In this document: positions 1-9,077 of the stretch, one piece after another
How the letters are laid out: each line of letters starts with the position of its first letter
Position numbering within the stretch: the stretch's first letter is position 1
Source of the DNA: Patescibacteria group bacterium
GTDB lineage: Bacteria > Patescibacteriota > Patescibacteriia > Patescibacteriales > UBA12465
Direction of reading: 5' to 3'
Assembly: GCA_049318005.1 (NCBI GenBank)
Contig: JBMOHE010000002.1
Span: forward strand, 77,824 to 141,823
DNA length: 64,000 nt
Translations under genes and position numbers: made by a program
Notes under the pieces: model-generated
Told to the model about the DNA's origin: nothing
The model's database searches: none
Seen by the model: only the letters and a program-made list of their open reading frames with translations

Positions 1-236
1 CCAAGCTCCAAACGTTTTTCGTAAAGATGATACATATCGTCACGAACCGTTAGGCGAGATGATTTTATTCCATGACGACTTTTGTCTTTATATTTCTTAA
101 TAATGTTAAAAACAATTTCTCGATTATCACCCAGATTCTTAAAAGATGGATTCTTACGAAAGAATTCGTCTAGTTTTTGATCTAAGCGATAGTCAGTCAT
201 TTCCTTAGCGTTCTTAGCAATGTCGGCTAAACTCAT
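1..236 (-). CDS. hypothetical protein, N-terminal part (runs off window start)
   Basis: ATG at 236-234 opens a stop-free minus frame to position 1: MSLADIAKNAKEMTDYRLDQKLDEFFRKNPSFKNLGDNREIVFNIIKKYKDKSRHG... It is absent from the ORF track because it is truncated. No family recognised. Confidence 0.45.
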   Translation of the reverse strand, partial: MSLADIAKNAKEMTDYRLDQKLDEFFRKNPSFKNLGDNREIVFNIIKKYKDKSRHGIKSSRLTVRDDMYHLYEKRLEL

Positions 237-277
237 ATGATTATAATTTATTAATGTTATTATTGCTATTATAACAT

Positions 278-308
278 AAAAAAAGACGGCAATAAAGCCG
301 CTTTTTTA
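278..308 (-). terminator. weak rho-independent terminator after secY
   Basis: Minus-strand RNA GCGGC-uuuauu-GCCGU (4 G:C pairs plus a G.U), followed by a U-run. An A-run on the other side could allow bidirectional use. Confidence 0.4.
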
Positions 309-329
309 TATCTAAATTTTAAAAATTTT

Positions 330-1601
330 TTAGAGTCCGTCGTATTCACGCATTGTTAGCTGTGCTTCAATTTGTTTAACAGTTTCAATAACAACCGAAA
401 CTACGATTAATAAGCTTGTACCGCCGACTGCGAACGCTTGAACGCCGGTAAAATAGCCCATAATTAATGGTAGAACCGCAATAAGACCAAGAAATAGAGC
501 GCCAACTAAAATAATTTTATGGGTAGTTGAAGCTAGGTAGTCGCTAGTAGTTTTTCCTGGTCTAATTCCAGGAATAAAACCACCTTGTTTTTGAAGATTT
601 TCAGCAATTTGAGATGGGTGAAAAATAACTTCAGTATAAAAATAGGTAAACGCAAATACTAAAATAAAATAAGTAATTCCGTAAAATAACTGATTATTAA
701 ATAAAGTTATTGTGGCAGTTGCAGCGTTAGCTACCCAAGCAGTTTTTGCATGAATTAAAAACTGAGCAATCATCGAAGGAAATAAAACAACGGAAATAGC
801 AAATATAATAGGGATAACACCGGCCATATTTACTCTTAAAGGTAGATGAGTGCTGGTCCCGCCGAAGGTTCGATTACCTCTAATCTGACGAGCATATTGA
901 ACGGGAATATTTCTTTGGCCTTCGTTGATAATAACAACTCCAATAACTGTAATTATAGTTATTATAATGAAACCGATTAACATGAAAAGTTGAGTAGAAT
1001 CAAAGGTTATAAAAATCTGTTGCACCATTTTTGGTAAACCAGACACAATACCAGCAAAAATTAATAATGAGATTCCGTTACCAACTTTCTTTTCAGAAAT
1101 AAGTTCTCCTAACCACATTAAGAAAATAGTTCCAGCGCTGATAGTGATTATCATGACCGCAAAATCAAAAGTAGTAATTTGTCCTAAAATACCAGACGTA
1201 CCTCTATTAAGCAAAGTTATCATTCCATAAGCCTGCATGGCAGCCAAAGGAACTGTTAACCAACGGGTCCACATATTTATTTTTTGACGACCAGATTCTT
1301 CTTTTTGCATTTCTTCAACTGACGGAACAATCATTCCTAGTAATTGAAAAATAATTGAAGAGGTAATATATGGAGCGACGCCCATCATAACAATAGAGAA
1401 AGTTTCCATTCCTCCGCCGGAAAATAAATTCATCAAACCTAAAATTTGGTTAGAAGCAAATAGATTTTTCAAAGCAACTGCATTAACACCAGGAACGGGG
1501 ATATGGGCTGCAAAACGGAATATAACTAACATCCCCAAAACGAAGAGGATGTTATTTCTTAAATCTTTAGCCTTCCAAATTTGTTCTAATTTATCGAACA
1601 T
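330..1601 (-). CDS. secY: preprotein translocase subunit SecY
   Basis: 423-aa multi-TM ORF with a SecY-like N-terminus (MFDKLEQIWKAKDLRNNILFVLGMLVIFRFAAHIPVPG). Directly downstream of rplO, as in spc operons. Confidence 0.95.
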   Translation of the reverse strand: MFDKLEQIWKAKDLRNNILFVLGMLVIFRFAAHIPVPGVNAVALKNLFASNQILGLMNLFSGGGMETFSIVMMGVAPYITSSIIFQLLGMIVPSVEEMQKEESGRQKINMWTRWLTVPLAAMQAYGMITLLNRGTSGILGQITTFDFAVMIITISAGTIFLMWLGELISEKKVGNGISLLIFAGIVSGLPKMVQQIFITFDSTQLFMLIGFIIITIITVIGVVIINEGQRNIPVQYARQIRGNRTFGGTSTHLPLRVNMAGVIPIIFAISVVLFPSMIAQFLIHAKTAWVANAATATITLFNNQLFYGITYFILVFAFTYFYTEVIFHPSQIAENLQKQGGFIPGIRPGKTTSDYLASTTHKIILVGALFLGLIAVLPLIMGYFTGVQAFAVGGTSLLIVVSVVIETVKQIEAQLTMREYDGL

Positions 1602-1612
1602 ATAGTTCTAAC

Positions 1613-2026
1613 TTATTTAATTTGGTTTTTAACTGGTTCACTTAAAGAAATTTTTTCAAAAGTTACTTTAACGGTTAACTTTTCTTTGCCCAAGATTTTA
1701 ACCGGCAAATCAAGTGAGCCAATTAATTTCTTTTCGAACAAAGAGGCAGAATTAACAACTTCATTGTCTTTAAAATTATTGTTAATCGCCTTAACACTTA
1801 CAATCTGATTCTTTGGTTTATGGGATTTAAAACCACGAACTTTCGGAATTGATAATAACTGTTTGCGCATACCTAAGCGTTTCAAACCGCTAACGCCAGA
1901 ACGAGATTTCTGACCTTTTAAACCGCGGGTACTATAAGTACCATGTCCGGAAGAGTTACCGCGACCGACACGTTTTATGGCTTTAGATGAGCCTTTAGTT
2001 TTTTTAATAGTATTAAGTGATAACAT
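1613..2026 (-). CDS. rplO: 50S ribosomal protein L15
   Basis: 137 aa; KRVGRGNSSGHGTYSTRGLKGQKSR glycine-rich L15 motif; operon position. Confidence 0.93.
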   Translation of the reverse strand: MLSLNTIKKTKGSSKAIKRVGRGNSSGHGTYSTRGLKGQKSRSGVSGLKRLGMRKQLLSIPKVRGFKSHKPKNQIVSVKAINNNFKDNEVVNSASLFEKKLIGSLDLPVKILGKEKLTVKVTFEKISLSEPVKNQIK

Positions 2027-2047
2027 ATAGATTCAATTATTTGAAAA

Positions 2048-2704
2048 TTATTTTTTTTCTACCTTAACTTCTTCTTTTTTATTCTCATCCTTAACTTCAG
2101 TACGACGTAACTGACGAAGAGCCTCTATAGTACAACGAGCATTATTAACTTTGTTATTTGAACCAAGAGCCTTGCTAGTAACGTTCTTAACGCCAGCTAA
2201 TTCTAAAATAATACGAGTAACGCCACCAGCAATAACACCACGTCCTTTTTTAGCTGGTTTAAACAACTGTTTAGCAGCACCCATTTTTAGACGAACTTCA
2301 TGAGGAATAGTTTCATTAATCATCGGGACGTTAACCATAGTCTTCTTGGCACGATTTACAGCCTTATTAACTGCCATAGTAACATCAGCTCCTTTACCAA
2401 GCCCAACGCCAACATTTCCCTTTTTATCACCAATTGCAACGCAAGCTCTAAAATTCATTCTTTTACCACCAGCCATAACACGAGTTACGCGAGCTACCTC
2501 AAGAATACGTTGTTCCATGTCATCCTTTGGTCTATCATCACGTCCACCTCTTTTAGGGCCACGATAACCTCCGCCGCCATTACCGCCACCATTTCCTTGG
2601 TTGCGTTTTTGTCCGCCGTAGATATCAGAAGCGACAGTAGTTGCTGCTCCTTTAGCAACTTCCTTTGTCTTATCTTCGCTTGTAGTTTTTTTAATTTCAG
2701 ACAT
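2048..2704 (-). CDS. rpsE: 30S ribosomal protein S5 (with Gly/Arg-rich N-terminal extension)
   Basis: 218 aa; core RVTRVMAGGKRMNFRACVAIGDKKGNVGVGLGKG...GVIAGGVTRIILELAGVKNV. About 60 extra N-terminal aa, including GNGGGNGGGGYRGPKRGGRDDRPKD. Confidence 0.93.
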   Translation of the reverse strand: MSEIKKTTSEDKTKEVAKGAATTVASDIYGGQKRNQGNGGGNGGGGYRGPKRGGRDDRPKDDMEQRILEVARVTRVMAGGKRMNFRACVAIGDKKGNVGVGLGKGADVTMAVNKAVNRAKKTMVNVPMINETIPHEVRLKMGAAKQLFKPAKKGRGVIAGGVTRIILELAGVKNVTSKALGSNNKVNNARCTIEALRQLRRTEVKDENKKEEVKVEKK

Positions 2705-2751
2705 ATTTCAATGTTTAGTTTTTTCCGCTATGCGGAAATGACAATATAATA

Positions 2752-3105
2752 TTAAAATTCTAGACCACCTTCGCGAGCCCCTTCGGCAACCGCCTTAACG
2801 CGACCATGGTATTTATAAGAGCTGCGATCAAAAACAACCTTAGTGATTTTTAAATCCTTCGCTTTTTTAGCGATTAGCAATCCCAATTCTTTGCCTAAAT
2901 CAATTTTAGAAGCCTTAGTTTTAAGTTCTAAAGTTGAAGCACTAGCAAAAGTCTTACCATTTAAATCGTTGATAAGTTGCAAGAACATACCACGATTTGA
3001 ACGATAGACGCTTAAACGTGGACAAGCTTCAGTTCCTGAAATAGTAGAACGAACCTTAGCATGACGACGAATATTTTTTTGATTTTTAGCCTTATTTTTA
3101 TCCAT
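2752..3105 (-). CDS. rplR: 50S ribosomal protein L18
   Basis: 117 aa; RLSVYRSNRGMFLQLIND...GRVKAVAEGAREGGLEF; operon order. Confidence 0.93.
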   Translation of the reverse strand: MDKNKAKNQKNIRRHAKVRSTISGTEACPRLSVYRSNRGMFLQLINDLNGKTFASASTLELKTKASKIDLGKELGLLIAKKAKDLKITKVVFDRSSYKYHGRVKAVAEGAREGGLEF

Positions 3106-3129
3106 ATAATTAATTCTCTGTTAATCAAA

Positions 3130-3675
3130 TTATTTACCTTTTGAAGCTGATTTTCCAGCCTTACGTCTAATAACCTCATCAGAATATTTAACACCCTTAC
3201 CTTTATAAGGTTCTGGTTTACGTAATCTTCGAATTTGAGCGGCGGTTTCTCCAACTAATTGCTTATCAGATCCACTTAAAGTAATAGTATTACCTTCAAC
3301 GATAGCGGAAATTCCAACCGGTAATTTAAATTCAATCGGATGAGAAAATCCTAAAGCCATATTTATTTGACCAGGGACAACTGCAGCTCTATAACCAACA
3401 CCATTGATTTCCAATTTTTTTATAAATCCTTCGCTAACACCAATAACGCAGTTTCGAGATAAACTCCAAACTAAACCCCACATAGCGCTAGCATTTTTAG
3501 CCGCCTTATCATAAGGAGTAACAATAACTTCATTATTTTCAACCTTAACTTCAATTAAAGGGTTGGTCGCTATTTTTAATTCGCCTTTCGGACCTTTAAA
3601 AATAATTTCGCGTTCCTTAATAGTAACTTGAACTCCGGCTGGTAATTGAATTGGCAATTTTCCTAAACGTGACAT
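3130..3675 (-). CDS. rplF: 50S ribosomal protein L6
   Basis: 181 aa; MSRLGKLPIQLPAGVQV...; operon order. Confidence 0.93.
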   Translation of the reverse strand: MSRLGKLPIQLPAGVQVTIKEREIIFKGPKGELKIATNPLIEVKVENNEVIVTPYDKAAKNASAMWGLVWSLSRNCVIGVSEGFIKKLEINGVGYRAAVVPGQINMALGFSHPIEFKLPVGISAIVEGNTITLSGSDKQLVGETAAQIRRLRKPEPYKGKGVKYSDEVIRRKAGKSASKGK

Positions 3676-3695
3676 ATAAAATTATTTTTATTTAT

Positions 3696-4106
3696 TTAAA
3701 AAATTTCTCCTAACACTTCACCGCCGATTTTTTGCTTCTTAGCTTCTTTGTTGGTCATTAAACCTTTAGAAGTAGACAAAATAGCCATGCCGTAGTTATT
3801 TAAAACCGTAGGAATTTCATCCTTACCAACATAAATTCTTAAACCTGGGCGACTAATTCTTTTAATAGAACTAATCTGAGGTTTACCATTTTTGCGGTAT
3901 TTTAATTGAATTTGAAGTTCATCAAAAATAGTATGCTTACCGTCAAGACCGCCGGCAATAACTGCGGCTTTCTTAACCCAACCACCTTCTTCTAAGATTT
4001 TTGCCACTTCATACTTCAGTTTACTCATAGGCAAAACAATCTCCGATTTTTTAACGGCGGAAGCGTTTCTAATTCTTGTGAACATGTCTGCGATGGGATC
4101 CATCAT
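3696..4106 (-). CDS. rpsH: 30S ribosomal protein S8
   Basis: 136 aa; M(M)DPIADMFTRIRNA signature. The ATG at 4103 is an equally possible start. Confidence 0.93.
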   Translation of the reverse strand: MMDPIADMFTRIRNASAVKKSEIVLPMSKLKYEVAKILEEGGWVKKAAVIAGGLDGKHTIFDELQIQLKYRKNGKPQISSIKRISRPGLRIYVGKDEIPTVLNNYGMAILSTSKGLMTNKEAKKQKIGGEVLGEIF

Positions 4107-4132
4107 ATTTTTAGTAAATACTTAATAACTTA

Positions 4133-4318
4133 TTACCAGCTGGATTTTGTGATACCCGGTAAATCACCGTTATCAGCTAATTCCCGGAAACAAATACGGC
4201 ACAATTTGAAATCGCCGATAAAACCATGGTTACGGCCACAACGCCAGCAACGGTTTATTTTACGGGTAGAAAATTTTGGTTTTCTTTTTGCTTTAACAAT
4301 TAATGCAATTCTTGCCAT
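4133..4318 (-). CDS. rpsN: 30S ribosomal protein S14, short zinc-binding (type Z) form
   Basis: 61 aa; CxxC at aa 24-27 and 40-43; ends ...LPGITKSSW. Confidence 0.93.
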   Translation of the reverse strand: MARIALIVKAKRKPKFSTRKINRCWRCGRNHGFIGDFKLCRICFRELADNGDLPGITKSSW

Positions 4319-4329
4319 AGATATTTAAA

Positions 4330-4875
4330 TTATTTGCTGTCTTTTTTAAACGGAAAGCCAATAAGACGGAATAATTCCAAGCCTTCAGCTTTATTTTTAG
4401 CAGTAGTTGCTAAACAAATTTCTAAACCAAACACGTTATCGACTTCTTCAACGTGAATTTCTGGGAAAGAAACAAATTCTTTGAAACCAACTGTTAAATT
4501 ACCATTACGATCTACTGATTTATCAGTAATACCACGGAAATCTCGAACTCTAGGGAAAGTTATATTAACTAGTTTTTCAACAAAATCATACATACGATCG
4601 CCACGTAAAGTTACCTTTGCGCCAATAACTAATCCTTCTCTGATTTTAAATGCGGAAATTGATTTTTTAGCTTCAGTAAAGACAATTTTCTGACCACTGA
4701 TTTTAGTTAAACCTTTTTCTACACTGGCAATAAATTCTTTTTCCTTTACATGATGACCGAAACCAACATTAAGAACAACCTTCTGAAGACGAGGAATTAA
4801 AAATTCATTTTTATAAGCAAACTTCTCTGCTAATGCCTTGCTTATTTCTTTTTTATATTTTTCTTTTAATCTCAT
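4330..4875 (-). CDS. rplE: 50S ribosomal protein L5
   Basis: The ORF track extends to 4941, which would overlap rplX by 56 nt. Met23 (ATG at 4875) gives the canonical L5 N-terminus MRLKEKYKKEI and lies 10 nt after the rplX stop. Confidence 0.9.
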   Translation of the reverse strand: MRLKEKYKKEISKALAEKFAYKNEFLIPRLQKVVLNVGFGHHVKEKEFIASVEKGLTKISGQKIVFTEAKKSISAFKIREGLVIGAKVTLRGDRMYDFVEKLVNITFPRVRDFRGITDKSVDRNGNLTVGFKEFVSFPEIHVEEVDNVFGLEICLATTAKNKAEGLELFRLIGFPFKKDSK

Positions 4876-4885
4876 AGTTTTAAAA

Positions 4886-5209
4886 TTATTCAATGGTTTC
4901 GTGACATTTTTTACAAACTCTAAACTTCTTTCCTTTTCCATCTTCAGTTTTTATTGTTTTATAACCAATTTTAGTAGTTTTGCCACATTTTGGACAAATA
5001 ACAGCTACATTAGATACATTGATAAAAGCTGGGAATTCAATTCTTTGACCCTTTTCATTGCTACGATTAGGTCTTAAATGTTTAATCAATAAGTTTAAAC
5101 CTTCAATACTAACGCGTCCTTGAGCAGGTAGAACTTGCAAAACCTTTCCGGATTTACCCTTGTCTTTACCAGCTAATATTTGTACTTTGTCGTTCTTTTT
5201 GATATTCAT
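4886..5209 (-). CDS. rplX: 50S ribosomal protein L24 with C-terminal Cys4 zinc-ribbon
   Basis: 107 aa; KOW motif [23 protein letters not shown]. The C-terminus carries C72-x2-C75...C99-x2-C102. Confidence 0.92.
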   Translation of the reverse strand: MNIKKNDKVQILAGKDKGKSGKVLQVLPAQGRVSIEGLNLLIKHLRPNRSNEKGQRIEFPAFINVSNVAVICPKCGKTTKIGYKTIKTEDGKGKKFRVCKKCHETIE

Positions 5210-5249
5210 ATTTTTTTACCCGCCGTAGGAGGGTTACTTACTTTTTTGA

Positions 5250-5624
5250 TTACAAAACCTCAGGAGCTAATGAAGCGATTTTAATAAAACCAGCTTTTCT
5301 TATTTCACGGGCAACTGGCCCAAAAATACGTGTTCCCTTCGGATCCTTCTTTTCAGCGTCATTAATAATTACAGCTGCATTATCACTAAATCTTAAATAA
5401 GAACCATCAACGCGACGAATTTCTTTTTTAGTTCTAACAATAACTGCTTTAACTACATCACCTTTTTTAATAGCTGCATGAGGAACTGCACTTTTAACAG
5501 CCGCTACAACAATATCACCAACGTGACCGTAACGTTTTTTATATCCACCAAGAACTCTGATGCACATAATTTCTTTGGCACCGGAATTATCAGCTACTTT
5601 TAAATAAGTTTGTACTTGAATCAT
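5250..5624 (-). CDS. rplN: 50S ribosomal protein L14
   Basis: 124 aa; [27 protein letters not shown]. Confidence 0.95.
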   Translation of the reverse strand: MIQVQTYLKVADNSGAKEIMCIRVLGGYKKRYGHVGDIVVAAVKSAVPHAAIKKGDVVKAVIVRTKKEIRRVDGSYLRFSDNAAVIINDAEKKDPKGTRIFGPVAREIRKAGFIKIASLAPEVL

Positions 5625-5647
5625 ATATTTATATCACTATCTTCCTA

Positions 5648-5935
5648 TTATTGCTTAAGTACACGCCAGCGTTTATCACGACTTAGCGGACGACATTCTA
5701 TAAAAACAACCTTATCGTTAACTTTATATTCATTTTTTTCATCATGAACTTTGTAACGACGGCTAACGGTATATCTCTTTTTATATTTAGGATGAACTTT
5801 AACAGATTCAACTTTCACAACAATAGTTTTATCGTTTTTATTGCTAACCACGACACCATTAAACTTTTTAGTGATGGTTGCCTTTTTTTCAATTTTTACT
5901 GCTTTAGCTGCAGTCTCTATTTTTTTAGCAGGCAT
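5648..5935 (-). CDS. rpsQ: 30S ribosomal protein S17
   Basis: 95 aa; GVVVSNKNDKTIVVKVE...HPKYKKRY...HDEKNEYKVNDKV. Confidence 0.92.
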   Translation of the reverse strand: MPAKKIETAAKAVKIEKKATITKKFNGVVVSNKNDKTIVVKVESVKVHPKYKKRYTVSRRYKVHDEKNEYKVNDKVVFIECRPLSRDKRWRVLKQ

Positions 5936-5936
5936 A

Positions 5937-6122
5937 TTAGTCTTGTTTATTTAATAACGTTAAAACTTGAGCAATGAGATTTCTCACGACACGAATTTCG
6001 CGAATATTTTTTAACTGCTTATTAGAATCCTTAAAACGTAATTCACGTAGTTTCTCACGATTTACTACTAATAATTCTTGCAGCTCTTTTTTATCCTTAT
6101 TTTTTAATTCTTTAAATTCCAT
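5937..6122 (-). CDS. rpmC: 50S ribosomal protein L29
   Basis: 61 aa helical protein; ELQELLVVNREKLRELRFK; lies between L16 and S17. Confidence 0.9.
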   Translation of the reverse strand: MEFKELKNKDKKELQELLVVNREKLRELRFKDSNKQLKNIREIRVVRNLIAQVLTLLNKQD

Positions 6123-6145
6123 ATTTTTATTATCGGTCTAATAAA

Positions 6146-6553
6146 TTACTCTTTGCTAATAAACTGACATTTAATAGGTAGTTTGTGTCCAGCTGATTCC
6201 ATCGCTTTTTTAGCAGTGGCCTTATCTAGTCCTTCCATTTCAAACATGATCATGCCAGGTTTTACAATCGCAACATAGTAATCAACCGCACCTTTACCTT
6301 TACCCATAGGAATTTCTCCACCATGAGCAGTAACTGGTTTATCAGGGAAAATTCTAATCCAAATTCTACCGCCTTTCTTGACGTATTTAGTCATAACGCG
6401 ACGAGCGGATTCAATTTGACGAGAGGAAACCCAGCAAGGAGTTAAGGCCTTTAAGCCGTAGCTACCGAAACTGATATTCAAATTACGACTGGCTTTACCG
6501 CCACGACGTCGTTTTTGATCCTTTCTCCATTTAGTTTTCTTTGGCATTAACAT
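6146..6553 (-). CDS. rplP: 50S ribosomal protein L16
   Basis: 135 aa; MLMPKKTKWRKDQKRRRGG. Confidence 0.95.
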   Translation of the reverse strand: MLMPKKTKWRKDQKRRRGGKASRNLNISFGSYGLKALTPCWVSSRQIESARRVMTKYVKKGGRIWIRIFPDKPVTAHGGEIPMGKGKGAVDYYVAIVKPGMIMFEMEGLDKATAKKAMESAGHKLPIKCQFISKE

Positions 6554-6577
6554 ATAACAAACTTTATTTTATATATT

Positions 6578-7255
6578 TTAGTTGGCAATCACTTCACCTT
6601 TTTGTGATTCTTTTTCAAATACTTCACCTTTATAAATCCAAACCTTAATTCCGATTGCTCCGTAAGTTGTGTGAGCAGCTCCGCGAGCATAATCTATATC
6701 GGCTCTTAATGTTTGAAGTGGAACTTTGCCCGATACTAATTTTTCTTGACGAGCAATTTCAGCTCCATTTAAACGACCAGAAACAACAACTTTAACTCCT
6801 AGCGCTCCAGCTCTTTCAACTTTTCCGATGGTTTGCTTCATTACTTTTCGGAAAGGCATACGTTTCTCAATATCCATGATCATTGACTGAACAACGATTT
6901 GAGAACTTAAACCTGGACGACTAGCTTCTTTGATATTCAAACTGATTTCACCCATACGGAAATTCTTTAAAAATTTTGTATGTAGTTTATTTTTCAATTC
7001 TTCAACTCCGTTACCACCACGGCCGATAATTAAACCTGGCTTAGCGGTTAAAACGGTGATTTCGATTTTATTTAAACTGCGAATAATTTCTACTTTATCA
7101 ACGCCAGCTTCTTTAAATTCGCGAATCATGTATTTGCGAACCAAAACATCCTGACGAACATTTTTGATATACTTCTCACCACTCTCAAACCAAACCGAGG
7201 CCCAAGTCTTGGTGATTCCCATGCGTAGAATTTTCGGATTTACTTTTTTACCCAT
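6578..7255 (-). CDS. rpsC: 30S ribosomal protein S3
   Basis: 225 aa; MGKKVNPKILRMGITKTWASVWF; KH domain. Confidence 0.95.
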   Translation of the reverse strand: MGKKVNPKILRMGITKTWASVWFESGEKYIKNVRQDVLVRKYMIREFKEAGVDKVEIIRSLNKIEITVLTAKPGLIIGRGGNGVEELKNKLHTKFLKNFRMGEISLNIKEASRPGLSSQIVVQSMIMDIEKRMPFRKVMKQTIGKVERAGALGVKVVVSGRLNGAEIARQEKLVSGKVPLQTLRADIDYARGAAHTTYGAIGIKVWIYKGEVFEKESQKGEVIAN

Positions 7256-7311
7256 ATGTATTTAAAATCAATTTAATTACCAAATATATTTACAAGTCCG
7301 TTTCGGACGAA

Positions 7312-7890
7312 TTATCCTGATTTACGTCTGAACATTTTTCCTGAGAAACCCTTGCCTTCAACTTTGGCATGAGCGTGGTGACCTTCCATTCTTGGGTCAA
7401 CAATCTCAGTTCCCTTTTCAGATGTTGCAGTATTTTTAACTTTAGATTCTTTCTTAGCTTTATTTACTTTACTTGTTTGAGCGCTATCTGCAACTAACTT
7501 TTCTAATTTAACTGGGTCAGCTGTTTTTAGAACTTTCTTTTCTTTTTTACCGCTTTCTTTAATTTCAGCTAGAATAACATTTAGATGACAACCACGTTTG
7601 CGAATTGAAGTTGCACGACCATGAGCTCTAGGCATCCAACGTTTTAACATTACGCCTTCGTCAGAACGGATTTCTTTAATATATAAATTGTCAGCTTCCA
7701 AACCGTAAGTATTAACTCCGTTAGCAACTGCTGAACGAACTAAACAAGCGATAGGGTCAGTTGCTTTTTTATTGATGAATTTTAATTGGTCCAAAGCGGC
7801 GTTAACCGGCATTTTTCGAACAACATCAATAACCAAGCGAGCTTTTCGCGGTGACATTCTCAAATGGTTTAAACTAGCTTTTACTTCCAT
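7312..7890 (-). CDS. rplV: 50S ribosomal protein L22 with about 80-aa Lys-rich C-terminal extension
   Basis: 192 aa; L22 core MEVKASLNHLRMSPRKARLVIDVVRKMPV...CHLNVILAE, then a tail (KESGKKEKKVLK...KMFRRKSG). Confidence 0.92.
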   Translation of the reverse strand: MEVKASLNHLRMSPRKARLVIDVVRKMPVNAALDQLKFINKKATDPIACLVRSAVANGVNTYGLEADNLYIKEIRSDEGVMLKRWMPRAHGRATSIRKRGCHLNVILAEIKESGKKEKKVLKTADPVKLEKLVADSAQTSKVNKAKKESKVKNTATSEKGTEIVDPRMEGHHAHAKVEGKGFSGKMFRRKSG

Positions 7891-7901
7891 ATGTATTTAA
7901 A

Positions 7902-8192
7902 TTATTTCTTTTTATCAGCAGCCTGAGTCTTGGCCATCTTACCGCCATGACTAACAAACTTACGTGTTTGGGAAAATTCACCCAAACGATGACCAACCAT
8001 ATTTTCTACAACGTAAACTGGAACGTGAGTCTTGCCATTATGAACACCCAAAGTGAAACCAACCATTTCAGGAGTAATAGTAGCGGCTCTATCCCAAACC
8101 TTGATAACAGTTTTATCACCTGGTTTAAGATTTTTAATCTTATTGATTAAACGTAGATTTATGTATGGTCCTTTTTTTGAACTTCTGGACAT
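7902..8192 (-). CDS. rpsS: 30S ribosomal protein S19
   Basis: 96 aa; [11 protein letters not shown]...[13 protein letters not shown]. Confidence 0.95.
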   Translation of the reverse strand: MSRSSKKGPYINLRLINKIKNLKPGDKTVIKVWDRAATITPEMVGFTLGVHNGKTHVPVYVVENMVGHRLGEFSQTRKFVSHGGKMAKTQAADKKK

Positions 8193-8215
8193 ATTTGTTT
8201 ATTACTAATTACAAA

Positions 8216-9052
8216 TTATTTTCTCTTCGCACGTCTTTTAATAATCAAACGATCTGAATGTCTCTTGCGTCTTGTCTTAACACCAAGAGCAGGTTTGCCC
8301 CATGGAGTTTTCGGATGACGTAAACCAATAGACTGTTTACCTTCACCACCACCGTGTGGATGATCAACCGGATTCATAGCAGTACCACGAACTGTTGGCC
8401 TAATACCAAGGTGACGAGTACGTCCAGCCTTACCAAGGGAAATATGACGTTTATCAGGATTACTAGCTTGGCCAACTGTACATAAACATTCTTTCTTAAC
8501 TTTTCTGATTTCGCCCGATGGCATTTTAATCTGAGCATACTTACCTTCAACGCCCATGACGTAAACTACGTTACCAGCTCCACGAGCAATTTTTGCTCCT
8601 TCGCCTGGTTCAAGTTCAACTGAGCTAACAGCCATACCAGCTGGAATAAATTGAAGTGCTAAAGCGTTACCAGTTTTTATTTCAATTAACTCTTTAGAAC
8701 TCATGATTTTATCACCAACTCCTAAATTAATTGGAGCAACGATATATCTCTTTTCACCATCAGCATAATTTAATAAAGCTAAACGTGCGCCACGGTTTGG
8801 ATCGTATTCAATTGCAGCAACAGTTGCAGGAACATTATATTTATCACGTTTAAAATCAACTAAACGAACAAAGCGCTTAGCTCCGCCGCCACGATGACGA
8901 ACAGTAATTTTACCCTGACTATTACGGCCACCTCTTTTTTTCTTTGGCACGATAAGTCTTTTTTCCGGAGTAAACTTTGTTAGATCTTTGAAATCATCAA
9001 AAGTCGCTTCACGTCGTCCCGGTGTATTTGCTTTTACTTTTTTAATACCCAT
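8216..9052 (-). CDS. rplB: 50S ribosomal protein L2
   Basis: 278 aa; ...GTAMNPVDHPHGGGEGK. Confidence 0.96.
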   Translation of the reverse strand: MGIKKVKANTPGRREATFDDFKDLTKFTPEKRLIVPKKKRGGRNSQGKITVRHRGGGAKRFVRLVDFKRDKYNVPATVAAIEYDPNRGARLALLNYADGEKRYIVAPINLGVGDKIMSSKELIEIKTGNALALQFIPAGMAVSSVELEPGEGAKIARGAGNVVYVMGVEGKYAQIKMPSGEIRKVKKECLCTVGQASNPDKRHISLGKAGRTRHLGIRPTVRGTAMNPVDHPHGGGEGKQSIGLRHPKTPWGKPALGVKTRRKRHSDRLIIKRRAKRK

Positions 9053-9077
9053 ATGTATTCAAATAAATGTGTTCAAA

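Noticed and set aside
2300-2749. Long antisense ORFs in the six-frame track. Examples: 2300-2749(+), 13594-13962(-), 43368-43787(-), 52036-52299(-), 53793-54152(+), 58683-59153(+), 62080-62352(+).
   Set aside because: Each lies entirely inside, and antisense or out of frame to, a gene with strong family signatures. Their translations are low-complexity, Ser/Leu/Phe/Ile-rich strings typical of shadow ORFs in AT-rich DNA.
4876-4941. The extended rplE start at 4941 ([13 protein letters not shown]...).
   Set aside because: It would overlap rplX by 56 nt. The internal ATG at 4875 gives the canonical L5 N-terminus MRLKEKY.
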